Part shown: in pieces, positions 43,138 through 58,955 of the stretch
Layout: each line of letters opens with the position of its first letter
Position numbering within the stretch: position 1 is the stretch's first letter
Source: the human T2T-CHM13v2.0 reference genome, Homo sapiens
Length of the DNA: 64,000 bases
Assembly: GCF_009914755.1 (NCBI RefSeq)
Contig: NC_060930.1
Direction: 5' to 3' (one strand)
Translations under genes and position numbers: made by a program
Notes under the pieces: model-generated
The model's input: the letters and a program-made list of their open reading frames with translations, nothing else
Told to the model about the DNA's origin: nothing
The model's database searches: none

Positions 43138-44089
43138 GCCTTCATCTTTATTTCACTGTTTCTCCCTGGTATGGCATGAGCTCTTTGAGCAACATAAGAA
43201 ATTATTTCCTGAAAGACATAAAATACTATTGAGAAAATTACAAGTGCTTTCTTGGAGATGAACAGCATTGGTCTAGCCTGAATTATTATTATTATTTTTA
43301 AGAAGAATCTATCCTAAAGGTGGGGGAAGCAATGTAAAAGTCCTCCTGTAGAATTCTAGGAACATGTCTGTATTTAAGCTGTTTTCTGTTTCCATATACA
43401 TCCTTGTATATGCATCGCTCTCCAATTTAGAATCTCAAAGAAATAGAATAAAACATTTTCTGGTCCTAGTGAGGCAGACACAGAGGAAATTCATTTCTGT
43501 AGCACTATAATAAGTAGTTCTCTTTAATCTATATTCAGGAAGGTAGCTTTGATTCCGTTTTTGTCATGTACTTTACTCAACTGTGCAATCTTTTATGATC
43601 TGCCAGGAAGATTACTCCTATCCCCATAAAACTTGGTTGACAGAAAATCAGAGAGCATTATTTTAATTGCTTCAATTTCCTTCTTCCAAGGAGAAGGCAG
43701 AAAGTTCTTCAAATATCTCAATTTCATTAAATTCAACAAACACTTCCTGGGCAGCTGTTCTGTGCCAGATGTTGTACTCAATGCTGGGGATAAATTTATG
43801 AGTAAGACCCAGGCCTTGCTCACAAGGAGATCATAGTGCTCAAAATGCATGTGGGGTGCTCCCACCCCTCACCCCATTTCCAGCTAAGTAGACACAATAT
43901 GCTTTTAGGAAAATACAATTGAAATAAAGCTAACAGCATTGAGAAAAGATGCTCCTTGTCTAAGTTTGAATAACCAGAAGACGAGATAACCAGAAGATGA
44001 GATAGCACCAACTGCCTCACAAATGAGATAGTAATCTCATTTGTGATTCCACTGAGATGGCAATTGCCATAATTATCATTTTCACATGA

Positions 44090-44470
44090 ATTTATCTACT
44101 GACCACCTATTTATATCTTAGGTGCTCCGAGAGACATTGAATATACCTTAGGGAATAAAACAGTTGTGAACATCCTGTGCCTGGTGGGTCTTGCAATCCA
44201 TTGTGGGAGACAGAACAAACACATAAGCAAACAAATAGATGTACAATATTAAATTATGATCAAAGCTAACAAAGGAATCTGGGTAGAGAATCACAGTGAA
44301 GGGGGTGAGGAAGCCTCCTGCACAGAGTTCCACTGGGAAGGCCTCTCTGAAGTGATGACATTTAAGCCCAGACCTGAAAGATGAAAAGGAGCTGTTCATT
44401 TGAAGACTGAAGGGAAGAGAGATGGGAACAGCATGTATGATGGCCCTTAGGTGGGACAAAGCATTTTATG
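44090..44470 (-). mobile_element. L2 LINE fragment
   Basis: gggaaggcctctctgaagtgatgacatttaagcccagacctgaaagatgaaaaggagc antisense L2 signature. Confidence 0.7.
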
Positions 44471-45721
44471 CTGGAGGAGCTGAAGTACAAGCTTGAATTC
44501 CCCCATTATATCCCTATGGGGTCTACACTGTGGGATCACATTTTCACCTTTTCCTATGTAATTATATTATTCAACCTTTGTAGTTTCAATACATCGTTGG
44601 AGAAAATCTGCCCAGAAGTTTTCATTCAGTGAAAGAGTTCCAGCATAACCAATAATGATGGCTCCACTGAATATATGTTGAGTTTGCAGAAACTTACTTA
44701 GAAGAAACGATTTTTGTATTTCTCTGTAATTATTCATAATTTCTTCAATTAAATGCCTTTGCAAAAGTTAGCAATGCACTCCTGTGTATAAAAGATAAAT
44801 ATTATTCTAAGACACCTTTGCAATATAAATTTTTTATCTCAAAATTCCTCACACTTGGTTTTGCTCATTGGCAGCAACTACAGAAGGCCAGGACTTGTGG
44901 AGGATGGGAGAAACCTCTCCCAAAGGCTGATATTTTAGCTAAGTGATTTTATGCTTTTTAAAAAAATTGCATTGAAGTTCATTCCATTACATTGAAATTA
45001 ATTCTTTTTTACCTTGCTCTTTTGTCACCTCGTAAATGGAATCATTGTTATTTTTTCTCTCTGATAAAATTAAGTCCCAGGATGAATAAAGCAGAATATA
45101 GACTCAGTCGTTTATCCCCCATTAACACAGCGCAAAGTCACTGCATCAATGGACACAAGACTTAATGCCCTTCATGAAGCCTCCCAACATTAATGTGGAA
45201 AGAGTCAAACTGCTGACCTAAGCTCTGCCTTACTCATAAGCACTGTCTCCTTGTGGGAAGTCAACAAATTAAAAGGCAGAAGGATGCAAAACAGCCATGC
45301 CAAAGTGGTCTGATTGAGTTCACCAGTCAACACCAATGCCTCCTCTGCTCCTTTCCAGCTGGTCATAGAGATGCTGCATGCCTGGCCATGTGAATGCTGA
45401 CCATACAGCATCACTCATCCCTTCTCGGGAAGTCCCAGGTGGTTGGAGTCATTCACCACTGGGTGGCCATTTGCCTGCAGTGAATAAAAAATAAGGGGGT
45501 CCTGTCTGAACAATGAACAGTACTGACTCTCTGCATGCATTGGTCACAAATGAAGATAAAATATTGTAATATGAAAAGCTAACTAATACTGTACATGCAT
45601 GATTATACCTCCCATTTATCAGTATTTGAAAATCTGTTTACATTCCTTTCTCTTACAGTAAGTTATAGGTTATAGGTGCTTCTAAGCCATGTATGATCTA
45701 TTTTCTCTCCCTCTCTCTCTA

Positions 45722-46225
45722 TTTTTTTAGAACTTTGTTTTTAGAACAGTTTTAGTTCACAGCAAAATTGAACTGAAGGTATAGATTTCCCATGTACACC
45801 CTGCCTCCACACATGCACAGCCTCCCCCATTATCAACATTCATCACCAGAGTGGTACATTTGTTACAACTGACAAACCTACATAGGCACATCATAGTCAC
45901 CCAAAGTCCATAGTTTCATTAGATAGTTTACATTTACTCTTGGTATTATACATTCCATAGTTTTGGACAAATTTATAATAACATGTGTCTATCATTATAG
46001 TATCCTATGGAGTATTTTCACCGCCCTAAATATCCTCTGTGCCCTGCCTATTCATTCCTCCCCCACCCCCACTAACCCCTGGAAACCACTGATCTTTTAC
46101 TGTCTCCATAGTTTCGCTTTCCCAGAATGTCATGTAGTTGAAATCCTACAGAATGAACCTTTTTCAGACTGAATTCTTTAACTTAGTAATATACATTTAC
46201 GGTTCTTCCATGCCTTTCATGGAGT
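45722..46225 (-). mobile_element. L1MC-type 3' end fragment
   Basis: tttagttcacagcaaaattgaactgaagg...ccctgcctccacacatgcacagcctccccc...ttcccagaatgtcatgtagttg. Confidence 0.8.
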
Positions 46226-47149
46226 CTGTTCTTTCCTTATATCCCTAGCAATGAGCACAGTACCTTACACAGAGCAGACACTTAACAAGCAGTTGTTGAA
46301 TAAATGGGCAAGGGAATGAGTGTTTTTCATGGCACAGTTCACTTAACGGCTGTTTACTGAGGCTTTCTAAGTTCAGGCTCTCAGCCAGGCATCTTCAAAC
46401 CATAATAATATTTGCATGGGATTTCCGAAATTATTATCTTATCATAACAGCAGTCCTGAGAGGTAGAAGAACAGACATTTTTCTTATTATCCCCATTTCA
46501 ACAAGATCAGAAAACAGACACAGAGAAGTAAAGTGACTTGCCCAAGTTCCCTGAACTAGAAAGTGGAAGAGCCAGGACTAGCCTCTGTGACTCTCCAATG
46601 TACCTTTATGCCTTATCCTATATGTTGTCTCTCCTAAAACCTGGCTGTGGGTCATTGAAACTGACAAATGTTTAACAAGAAACTAATTCATGATGACATA
46701 GTAAAAGGTGAGGACTGAAAGAGGCCCTCTTCCCAACCTTGTTTCTTAGGGGAGCCCATCTTCTTACAAAAAAAAAAGTGTATCCTTGGCTTTGACAGTG
46801 CAGCCCACACCAGTGAACCTCAATTTTCCATTCACCACAAGCAAACTACTGTTGGGCTGCAGAATTGACATCTTTCTGGGGAAGGAAAGTTTAACAACTG
46901 ATCAACAAGTAGTTCGCTCCCATTCAACAGTAAAGAATTGCACTGATGAGCTTCCCCTGCTCCTGTTAGGGATTAAAAGGGCTTCAAGAGTCCAGACCAG
47001 AATTCATTCCAGATCTGCAGTTGTGATGGGCCCTCAAAGGGAAATGAAGTTACCCTGGGAGTTATGCCTGGCTATAAGTGAGTTATAGGGGAGGCTCATG
47101 AAGGTCCCTGCCTTGAAATCCAGTCCCCTCCTGAATTCATTCATTCTCC

Positions 47150-48000
47150 AATTTTAACTTTTAGCCTTTGTAACCTCCTTGAGAGCCTCATACGTATATA
47201 TAAATGTCTGCCGAGAACCTCCCTTGAGTGTCCTAGTTTTCTCAAGGTTAGTATTTCCAAGATAGTGCACTACCAATTTCTTCCCCAAATCCTGTCCATA
47301 TCCCGCATTTTCTTTACCAGTGAGTGACATTGTCATAGATCCTATCACTAAAACCAGAAACCAAGCCCATATTTTTGTTTAATCCTTCCATCATCTCAAG
47401 TCCAATTAGCCACCAAGTGTCTACTCTGAGATCTCTCTACCCTTCATCCTCATTACTGCAGCCTCATCACCTTATTTCTGAATAAACATAGAACCTTCCT
47501 AACTGCTCTTTTGCTTTCTCTCTTTCTTGGCCACCCATTTCATCCCTCAAATCCATCCTTCTCTTGGTAGCCAGGACATGCCATCTACAATTTGTGTCAG
47601 GTCACACCCCGCCCTTGCTCAAAACCCTTTAGTGGCTCGGCATGGACTGCACTCCCCAGAATGATGTACTAGGTTGGGACCTGCTCCCTGTGTTCTTCCC
47701 ATCAGTCCACCTGACCTCCTGTGCCTTCAGGCTCTATAGATTCTGGGAAACCCTAAAATGGCTTGATTTCCTACATGCACACCTTGCTGTTCCAAACCTC
47801 CATGCCTTTGCTCATGTTGCTTGAAATACTTTCTTCATGTTTCCTCATCCACCTAAGTTGTCATCATCCTTAAAACTCATGCTCCCACAGCACCCTGTGC
47901 AAACCTCTACTCTTGCTCTATTACATGGAAATTATTTGTTTATGTATCTGTTGCCTTTTAGAACTAAGATCTTCAAGCACAGGAGACATCTAATCATCCC
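47150..48000 (+). mobile_element. L2 LINE fragment(s)
   Basis: gctcaaaaccctttagtggctc...ctccatgcctttgctcatgttgc...agaactaagatcttcaagcacagg. Confidence 0.65.
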
Positions 48001-48439
48001 TCTATTCATCACTTCTTGCAGCGAAATTCTCATTTTAAACATCTGAAGCCCTAACAAACCATCATGTTTTAAAAAGAAGAAATTGTGTTTCTTATGTGCT
48101 AAGTACTGTTTCCCTGTACCTAGCACAGATGCAGGCACATAGTATATGTCTATATCAGTCTCTGTCTACATTTACTCATTTTATTCAACAAATATTTATT
48201 AAGATCCTATTTTATTCCCATCACTGTGTTTTGCAGAATATGAGATGTTGCTCCAGTTCTTGAAGTTCTTATGTACTAAATAATATAAGCAGTGCATTTA
48301 AAATAGTAAGTTGCTGGATCCCTTGCCCCTCATCCTTTCTGCAGAATATGCTGTCTTCAGTACATGATTATTTGCTGTGTGCCAACGGGTGCCATAATGA
48401 AAATAATAAAATACAATATATGAAAACAACAAGGTGAGC

Positions 48440-49011
48440 CTTGACTCTCAGTAAAAGATGTGAACACTTAGTTCATTGAAAAAGGAATGCAGGGATAAAT
48501 AAATATATGAAAAGGCATCCTACTAAGCTAAGAAAATCAAGTTGCACCAGGAGGAGATTTTCTCATTTATTCAATTGGTAAAATGTTCAAAAGATTTGTA
48601 ATAAAAATTGTGGGTAAGTCTGCAATGTGGGTAGGAAGTGTATATTGGTACAATATTTTTGGTGGGCCTATTATCTATTCAAGTTGAAGACAAATTTGGG
48701 CCTTATAATGGTCAAGAGGTCCACTGATAGGAAACTCTTAAGTGAGCAAAGGATGTATGTACCAAACTAAATGTCCTTTTAGTAGGAGATCAATGGGGTA
48801 CATTTTGGTGCATCCATATAAGAAAGGATATCATAAAAAAATATGGAATGACATGAAAAGAAGCCCTTGATATGTTGTTAAGTGAAAAAAAAATCAAACT
48901 ATGAAAGAGTGCATATAGTCATTTCATCTTTGTAAAATATATATATACACATATATATATAACATATATATATACACACATATATATATACAACATATAT
49001 ATGTACACAAC

Positions 49012-49044
<33 letters not shown>

Positions 49045-49560
49045 ACAAATATATATATATGTGTACATATATATTTCCTGGAAGGCTAGATACTAAATTG
49101 TAAATAGTGGTGTATTAGTCCATTCTTGGACTGCTATCAAGAACTATATGAGACTGAGTAATTTACAAAGAAAAGAGATTTAATTGACTCAGTTCCATAG
49201 GCTGTACAGGAAGCATGGCTGGGAAGGCCTCAGGAAACTTACAATCATGGTGGAAGAGAAAGGAGGCATGGCTTACATGGCTATAGCAGGAGGAAGAGAG
49301 AGAAAGGGGAGGTGCTACACACTTTTAAACAACCAGATCTGATGAGAACTCACTCACTATCATGGGAACAAAAAAGGGGAAGTCCACCCCCATGATCCAA
49401 TCACCTCTGATCAGCTTCCTCCTCCAACAATGGGAATTGCAGTTCATGAGATTTGGGTGGTGACACGAATCCAAACCGTATCAAGTGGTTATTTCAGGAT
49501 AGTAAGATTGGGGAGGGAGAACTTTTCAGCTTTTACTTTATGCATTTTTATATCATCTGA
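48440..49560 (+). mobile_element. Old L1ME-type 3' region, interrupted by a (TA/CA)n microsatellite (about 48937-49075) and an MST LTR
   Basis: gatatgttgttaagtgaaaaaaaaatcaaactat...ctggaaggctagatactaaattgtaaatagtgg, resuming as ttatttcagg after the LTR. Confidence 0.6.
49111..49483 (-). mobile_element. MSTA/MSTB-type MaLR solo LTR nested in L1ME
   Basis: tgtattagtccattctt...gatttgggtggtgacacgaatccaaaccgtatca; TSD AGTGG at 49106-49110 and 49484-49488. Confidence 0.92.
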
Positions 49561-49980
49561 CTTTCTCCTTTTTTCACAAGAAGTTAGGTGTTAGTTCTAA
49601 TTAAGTTTTGGGGAAAGGCCAAGGCATGCCAGCATGCTGGACTCTGCCCAACCCACACAGAATCCCTCAGGCTATGTGTGCTGCCTCCAACCCCCCATAT
49701 GAAGTCAACCACGTTTATCTTTGGGAAGTGAATTTCCTCATCTACAGACTCATCCCTGGATTCAGAAACCTCTTTTCATTCATTCCATAAACACATATTG
49801 AAATCCTCTTCGTGCCCTTATTCTTAAGTCTGCCAAAGCCGAGAGGAACTTAGTGAGCTACTCGGGCTGGTCACACCTGCATCTTAAAAGCAACTCTCAG
49901 AGAATACATTACATAACACAAAAGCCTGATTTCCATGTGAGGGGAGCAGAGGAAGCAGAGTTTCCAAGGACAATCTGTAG

Positions 49981-50371
<391 letters not shown>

Positions 50372-51537
50372 AAATCTATAGTTTTTTTTTTTTTAAGATG
50401 TATGCAGACTTATTTTCTTTATTAAAGTATTATAAGAAAACATATGTATTTGTAAAAATGGTTTCCTGTGTCAGGCATTTGGGCAGTCAGAGCTGACTTG
50501 TAAACTATTCTTGTAATAGCTCATTTGGTCATATATCCAGAATTCATCAAATCTATACTTTTGATAACCTCCATGGGCTCATGCCCACTGAAGACACTGC
50601 AGCAAAAGTGAACAGAAGAGAGTTTGGGGGCTGGATACCATTCTGCAGGTCTCCATAGCCTTGCCACCTAATGGGCCCACACATGGGAAGACCTGCCAGC
50701 CCTTCCTCATTCTGAGAGCTTCACAGAGACCCTGGACAGAGCAGAGAGAAGAAACACCAAAGGGTGGGGGAATTAACATCACTTTGTTAAACTAAGTTTC
50801 TATTCATAGAGGAATTTATCTCTAGATTTATCTTTGTATTTGGGAGAGTCTTTCCTGCATTGTCTCTCCTGTGCTGACTTGACTGATAACCTTCAATATA
50901 TCTCTATTAAATAAGAATCAATTTTTAAAAATCAACATTTGACTCTTAAATGACATCTAGAGACTGGTTTTAAGAGTAAGCAGAGTAGATGGCCAAAAAA
51001 TGCTATGTTAATACAAGAGGTTATTATTTTTTAAAGGCAACAATGGTGGCTTAGAATAAGAAGACCTAGGGTAAAACCCAGGAACTTGCCACATGTTAGT
51101 ATAACATAAACAAAACAAACACAAAGCTACTATTGGAAATGATGCCAGAGTAGCTTCTTCCTGTTACCAGTGTCTGGATCTTAAAATACCAGAAGTTCAA
51201 ATTTGCCGTGGGGAGACCCTTTCTTTGTTTTATGGAATCAATGGTTCTCTTACTTGGCTGCATGTGGGAGCTACTGAAGTATTTATTTCCATCTCCCATC
51301 ACCATATATTCTGATTTCATTGGTCTGGCATGTGGCCTGGACACCAGGACTATCTTGAAAGTTCCCCAGGTAATTCTAACTTGCACCAAAGTGGAGACAA
51401 GCTGCTTATTAGAAAGCCTTTATAATCTTGGAGATGGAAGGCAAAACCCACCATTCGGGTATCCCTGAGCTGGGAAATAATCTCAATATGGGTGCTTCAG
51501 GCTGAGATGTTTAACATACTGTATTTAAGAATGAAAG

Positions 51538-51706
51538 GTAAACTGGTGCTGTGGCTTATGCCTGTAACCTCAGCACTTTGGGAGGCTGAGGGGGCAGGAT
51601 TGCTTGAGCCCAGGAGTTCAAGTCTGCAGTGAGCTATGATTGCACCATTGCACTCCAGCTTAGGTGACAGAACAAGACCCTGTCTCTTTAAAAAAAATTA
51701 AAAAAG
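51538..51706 (+). mobile_element. Free Alu monomer (FRAM/FAM-like)
   Basis: Single monomer: gtggcttatgcctgtaacctcagcactttgggaggctgag...gagttcaagtctgcagtgagctatgattgcacc...gaccctgtctc plus A-tail. Confidence 0.85.
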
Positions 51707-52718
51707 GAAAAAGTGGTGGTAGCTCAAGCTTTGGGCACTCTGTCAAATCCCCTCAGCCCATCTCTTTCTGCCTTAGCTTCATTGGACAGTTCCGTGTAAG
51801 CTTGACACAGACTGGCAACATCCCAGCTCAAGCACTGTGCTCTTTCAACTTCATATCTCAAAACTTCTTATAGCAAAAGGAGCCTCCAGCTGACAGAGGC
51901 TAGAGCAGGCATGTAGGGCACGGACTCAAACTATGTCATTTGGGCATTATAGAGAAGGGTGACTACTAAGGTTCGGAGAAGTGGGACCGTAATAGCTGTA
52001 TGGCCTTGGGCAAGTCACTTCTCCAATTCATAGTTTCCTTATCTGTAAATAGAGCTACTAATACTTCATTGGAATTATTGTCCTCAGCATTAAATGGCAC
52101 CTGATTCAAAATAGGTGCCTGACACATTAAAAAGTTTTACCCATATTATCTTACTTTATATCCAAATAATTCAGTAAGATAACTAGGATAGGTGATATTG
52201 CCATCATCTTGGGGAAAAAGGAGATCGGGAAGTTTAAGTGACATGTCTCAAGTTTCAAAGTATCAATGGCAAAACCAGGCCAGGAACTCAGGCTTCCTGC
52301 CTCTGTATAGCCACTGTTTTATATTGTCTTTCTTAGAAGATAGCAGAAGTTTTCAAGCCACTGAGTAATATTAGAGGAAGAAAAAAGAAACTAAGAGAGC
52401 AGAAACTATTTTTCTTTCAGTAAATAGCTTTTTGACTAAATAACAAGGTGAGTCATTTGTTTCAGGGTGTATTGTTTAAACAAATATATTGTTTAATGAC
52501 TCCCTGGCTATTGTCCGATGCCTCAATGCCTTTTAAACACATAACTCTGCCTGAACTTCCCTATCACTGGCTCCATCTCTACTGTTGTGTTGGTTTGTTT
52601 GCCTCTGGATATTGAATCTTGCAGAATTGTGTCTGAAAATCTAACAGAGACTCACATCAAAACTGCACACAGTCTGCATCTCCTCTGGGCTCTCACTTTG
52701 GTCATTTGGGCTGAGTAA

Positions 52719-53129
<411 letters not shown>

Positions 53130-53379
53130 AGAGTTGGTTTTTAATGACTCCTCCCCACCCAAAGGGCCTCCCCTGCACCTTACTTGTGCTCAAATTCTCA
53201 AATCCCACCTTGCTTGGAGGCCTTCTCTTAACGATCTTTCAAACTCAGGATCGCTCCTATTGTTTCATTTGGCAACTATTTATTATTTGGCAGTTTATTT
53301 ATTTTACCCCTTTTGTTTAATCCCAAATTGTGTTTTATTATTAGTTTTCCTTTCATTCTTGTCTTGTCTCCCCACCTAG

Positions 53380-53692
<313 letters not shown>

Positions 53693-56600
53693 GACTGCAA
53701 AGTCTTTGAGAATAGGACCACATCTTACAGTTATTTGTATTTATTCACAGTGTATACATAGTGCTGGAAATGTGCTCAGTATTTGTGGAATAATGAATAC
53801 CTATTGAATGAATTCAGTGGCATTTTATAGTATCAAATGTTTTGCTGGTAGATTCCAAAGGGTTTGTAGTTTCCATACTTTATATGTTTTGTAGTATAAG
53901 AATTGTGATAGCTTGTTTCAAAAATAATAAGGGAAGTCTTGTTCTTAAGAATCACTGCACTCCAAATTCTCTATCTCCTTACTTAAAAATTTAAAATAAG
54001 ATAATTAAAGTCTCCTTAGTATAGTCTATAAAAGTTGAAACACTAATTTTGAGATTCTTCCAGAAGAACAAGCAAGAAAAAAATACCTTCCCCCATTTTT
54101 TTTTCATCCTTAGTTTAACAACCCATATTCAACCAAAGGTCTTCATATTTTTCATACAGATGCCATGTGTCATTTCTTTTGCTTCCTTCATGCATATCCA
54201 AGGACCTTCATCATAAGAAGGACATCACTGTCATTCTGGCCGGTGAATGATTATTCATTTTTCCCCCTTTACTTACAACATGCTAAAGAGCTCTTTTGTA
54301 TATCTGTGTCCAAACCTTGATTTGGTTCCAAAATCAAAATTACAATCTTTTGGTCACAATTTATCCACTGAATGGCATGCTCAGTCAGCTTGAAGGAGCA
54401 GATTGCTTCAGTTGTATTGTTGGGTGGAAAGGGCTGAGAGAGGGGGCCAAAAGACTATGCTCAGTAATAAATTAATGGAAGAACAAAGGAATGAATAAAT
54501 AAATAAGTGAATGGATCACCTAAAGAATGGCACCAATGTCAGAGAGCTTCCTTGGTTTGCTGAACCAAGTTACCTTGAAACTTGATACATGTCACTTAAA
54601 CTTCCTGATTTCCTTTTGCCCCAAGATGATGGCAATATCACCTGTCCTAATTATCTTACAGAATTATTTGGGTATGAAGTAAGATAATATGGGTAAAATT
54701 TTTATGTGTTGGGCACCCTATTTTGAATCAGGTGTCATTTAATGCTGAGGACAATAATTCCAATTAAGTATCAGTAGCACTATTCATTGATAAGGAAACC
54801 ATGAATTGGAGAAGTTAGATGATTTGCCCAAGGATGAATATTCATTCATTCCTTACCTATCTTGGGTGTGCACCAGGGAAGTGGTAATTGCGGGCTAACT
54901 GAAGGTACAAGGGGGCTGAATAACTACAGAATCACAGGAAGGATTGGTATTTGGTTACAGGTAGGGATTCACCAAAAGACATTTTGCTGTGTGGGTGGAA
55001 GATAATACAATTACATTGAGAAGATTAGGCAAGTGACAATAAGCCTCAGGGAAAGAGGATGAGACCTAGGCCTTCAGATAGAGCCTGGGATTGGCCTCAG
55101 TGGGACTTTTTGTATTCATAGGACTCACTAATACTGGCTTATTATCTGGTAGAGCTCATTGGCCCAGTCCCTCTGGTAGCTATTCTTCAGTATTAGATAT
55201 ACTAATTCTCAAGTAGAAGGGACCAAGGAGCTCACTTGATCCTATGCCTTCATTTTTTCCTTTCACTTTCATAAATGAAAAAAAAATGAAGCACAGATAG
55301 ATGTTTTGTCCAGTCAGTTAGCAGACTGCATGGCTGAATAATATTTGTTGTATAAATGAATGGATTTTGAACTCTAACTACAAAATCTAGGCTTTAGACT
55401 GAATGGCCCTGCCTTTCAGAGAGGTGCTTCCCACCCAGGTGGGTCCTCATGCCCCATGATCCCCTTAGTTGTGCTCTGTCCTTGGGAGAAAGGGGACAAC
55501 CCAGGCCTGCATTAGGTTGACTTCCCAGAGGCCCTTCTCTTGGATGATTTTCCAGCTTACACCATTCTTCACTGTTACTCTGCTAAAGTCAACATGTAAG
55601 AGCCATGAACAATGGAAATGAGAGTGAAAAAGAAAAGGAGAGAACTTAAGAAAGGGAAGTTTACTGGCATAAAAACCCTACTTCATGTCAACAGTTTTAG
55701 AAAAATTCAGTCAGTTCTAGTGGGCTCAGCCAGACTTAATCTACATTAATGAAAACCCACGTGTCTGGAGATTCTCTCTAGCACTCTCTTTCCCAGATTG
55801 GTTCATCTGGGGACATGCCTTTCTGAAACATTATGGCTTTCAGAAGATTTCCTAGTTTATACTAATTTAGATATTGTTTTCAAGTAACAGAGAAAATTGC
55901 TACAGCATCTGAACTATTTATCTTCCTAGATGTTGTAGTTAGAGCAAAAGCAGATGAGTTGGGAAAAGATAAATTCACTAAAATTACTTGTATCCTGGTA
56001 TTAAGGTGATGAATAACTTATGATGATGTAACATCTATGTACTATGGAGATAAGAATATCATTAAATGCATACATAAGAATTTAGCTCTCAATAAGAAAC
56101 TTATTTTAAAAGGATACAATCTTATAGGAATAAAAGAATACTATTTATAAATGAAGAATTATAACTCATTCATGCATAGAAAGCCAAATATTCTGAAGAT
56201 AACAAAACTCTCTGTTCTTACAATAATAATTAAAATCTCCATAGTATATTCTATAAAATCTGAAACACTGATTTTAAGATTCTTCCAGAATAACATGAGG
56301 GAAAATATACTAAATTTATTTTTTCTAAAGGGATTGGTATTTACCTTCTGGATTTTAAAATATGTGACAATTACCAAAACATCATGACATTCAGTTAAAA
56401 GCAGGAAAAAGATGGGTGGAGACAATAGATATTTCCAAAGTAAATTTAGACCATAATAAGAACTTATTACATTAAAAAAACCAGATATACATAGGCAAGA
56501 AGTGATCAGTATTTAATACAGAGGACAATCAGGTCATGGTGCAGAGACGGCATTAGATTCATTCCTCATATTATATATTATAATAAATTTTGGTCAAAGC

Positions 56601-57019
56601 AAAATAAACATAAGCATAAAATAAACATAAAAAGAAAACGAATAAAATAAGCATATTATTTTCAATTAAAGAAGAAAAAACATTTCTGATTTGCTGAGAT
56701 ATAATTATAAATAAAACAGATATGTTGGAATAAAAAACAAAAGGGATTGTAAGGAAGTTAAAAAATTGTAAGTTATAAATGTTAAAAAGGAAGCTCTACT
56801 CTTAAGAAATGAACAGAGAATTCATCTAATTAAGGTCAGTATTCAGCTTTTCTTCAAAATGAGATCATAGGAAATAAATGGAGGGCATACACATAAGGAA
56901 ATGCAGACAATAAATCAGCACATGGAAAAATGTTCAGTCTCAATAGCAACTAAAGAGATGTAAACAAAAAACCTTTAAAACACCACAGCATATCAGTTAA
57001 GTAACTGTAAACCCTGGCA

Positions 57020-57245
57020 ATTCAGACAATGAGCTTTGGAATCAGATAGATGTAGATATGGATCCTGCCTTGCCACTTTTTAGCTGTGTCTTTGATTCAG
57101 GGTCCCAACCTCTCAGCATCCATTTTCTAATCAGTAGCATACAGCTATTATACTTAAAGGATTAGTGTGAGGATAAAATGATTAATGTAAGTAAACCATT
57201 CAGTACAGTATCTGGCACATATTGAATGTTTCCGTTAATGGTAGG
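57020..57245 (+). mobile_element. MIR SINE
   Basis: gagctttggaatcagatag...tagctgtgtctttg...tctggcacatattgaatg. Confidence 0.7.
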
Positions 57246-57900
57246 CAGCAATAGTGGTGGTGGAAGATAATGATGATGGTACTAGTGCTGGTAATGGTGG
57301 TGGTGAAAATGATGGTGACGGTAGCATGTGATGACACTGTTGTTTGTTGGTGGTGTTGTTGAAGACAACGCGATTGGTAGTATTTGATTTGTTGCTCATA
57401 GTGTTAATAATGGTGATAATAGCTGATCATGGTGATGGCATTGGTGGAGGTGATGGGAATGATGGTGGATGAGGCTTGGTGGTGGTACAGATAGTAGTAC
57501 AGGTGGTGGTAATGGTAGCGGAACACAGTAATAGTGGTGGTGGTGAAAGTAATGGCGCTGGCATTGTTGGTAGTGGGCTTGATGATGATGATGGTGGTGA
57601 ATGATGATGGTGATGTGGTAGAGGTTGCATTGATAAAGGTGATAATGATGCTGATGGTGGGGTGGTGGTGGTGTTCGTGAAGTTGATGATGGTGGTGGTG
57701 GATGACGATGTTGTTGGTAGTGATGTTGATGTCGACGGTAGCTGATAATAGTAATGGTGTTGGTGTTTCTTGTGTTGATGAAGGAGATGGTGATAGTAGT
57801 GGCTGTGGTGCAGGGGGCAATGGTGATAGTATTGTGGTTTTTTTAAAAAAAGCTAAAATTATAAATAGCAGTTGTAGCAGTTGTGGCAGTTGTAGTGGAT
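57245..57900. repeat. Degenerate (GGT/GAT/AGT)n trinucleotide low-complexity tract
   Basis: About 650 bp dominated by ggt/gat/agt/gtt triplets. Confidence 0.9.
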
Positions 57901-58759
57901 AAATCAGAAAAATGGAATACTACAAATGCAATGTTATTGGTCTTGCAATTTGTTAGTCTTTCTAGAAAGCAATCTACCAAAAGATATGATATGTTGTACA
58001 CTTTGACACAGAAGTTAAGCTCTTGGGAACATACATAAAAAAATCCCCCAAATTAAAAACGGTCTGTAAATAGTATAGCAGTGTTATTTATAACTGGGAA
58101 CAATACAAAAGCCTCAGCAATAGGGAAATGACTAAGAAAATTGTGATACATCAAGATGGTGGAATAATATTATGTAGCTATTGAAAGTGAAATATGAGGA
58201 AATATGCATATGAAAAACTATGTTAGAATACACAAAGCTATGTGTTCAGAGAGTGTGCATTTGTGTGCTTTTACCAAATAACAGAAGAAAATATAATTGC
58301 AGGTGCATAGAGTTTAATAAAGGTTTCATATTAATTAAGCTTTTTCTTTATATTTCCAAAATAAGTTTAACTGCTATACCTTGCATTGCATGCAAGAAAA
58401 ACCAACACCATTACTATCATTATGCTTTTGTAAATAATTAATGGTCCCATTAACTCATGCAGGGTCGTGGTTGAATTGCAAACTATACCTCAGTCCAAAT
58501 AACTGGCTCCTAACTAACTAATATTGAGACAGGCCACCTCCCCACTCCTTTCCTTAGAGTCTGTTTACAGCCTACCTTTTATTGCTCATCCCAGTTCTTC
58601 GTTCCTCACTTTATCCTCACAATGCTTAGGAAGAAGTTTCAAAAGAAAACAGGGATTTTTTTGGTTGTTGTTTCAAAACCAAAAAATTAGAGGTCATAAA
58701 AAGCCCAGTGGTATCAATTTAATTACATGTCTGCTCATTTGAATGTGAGTTAGGTTTGT

Positions 58760-58955
58760 GGTTGTATACCTAAAGCCCCGAGTATTGATAAGTTTTGAAT
58801 TTTAGAACAGTTACCTAACTTCTCTATGCTTACATTTCATCAACTATAAAATGGGAGTAACAATAGCAACTAACTTGTTGGGTGGTTGCAAAGATTAAAT
58901 GAGGGGCTCCAGGTAAGATATGGCAGAGTGCCTGACACAGAGTTAATGTTTATTA
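58760..58955 (+). mobile_element. MIR SINE
   Basis: gttacctaacttctctatgcttacatttcatcaactataaaatgggagtaacaatag...gtgcctgacacag. Confidence 0.7.

Noticed and set aside
57404-57820. 138-aa His/Thr-rich ORF
   Set aside because: By-product of the GGT/GAT low-complexity tract.
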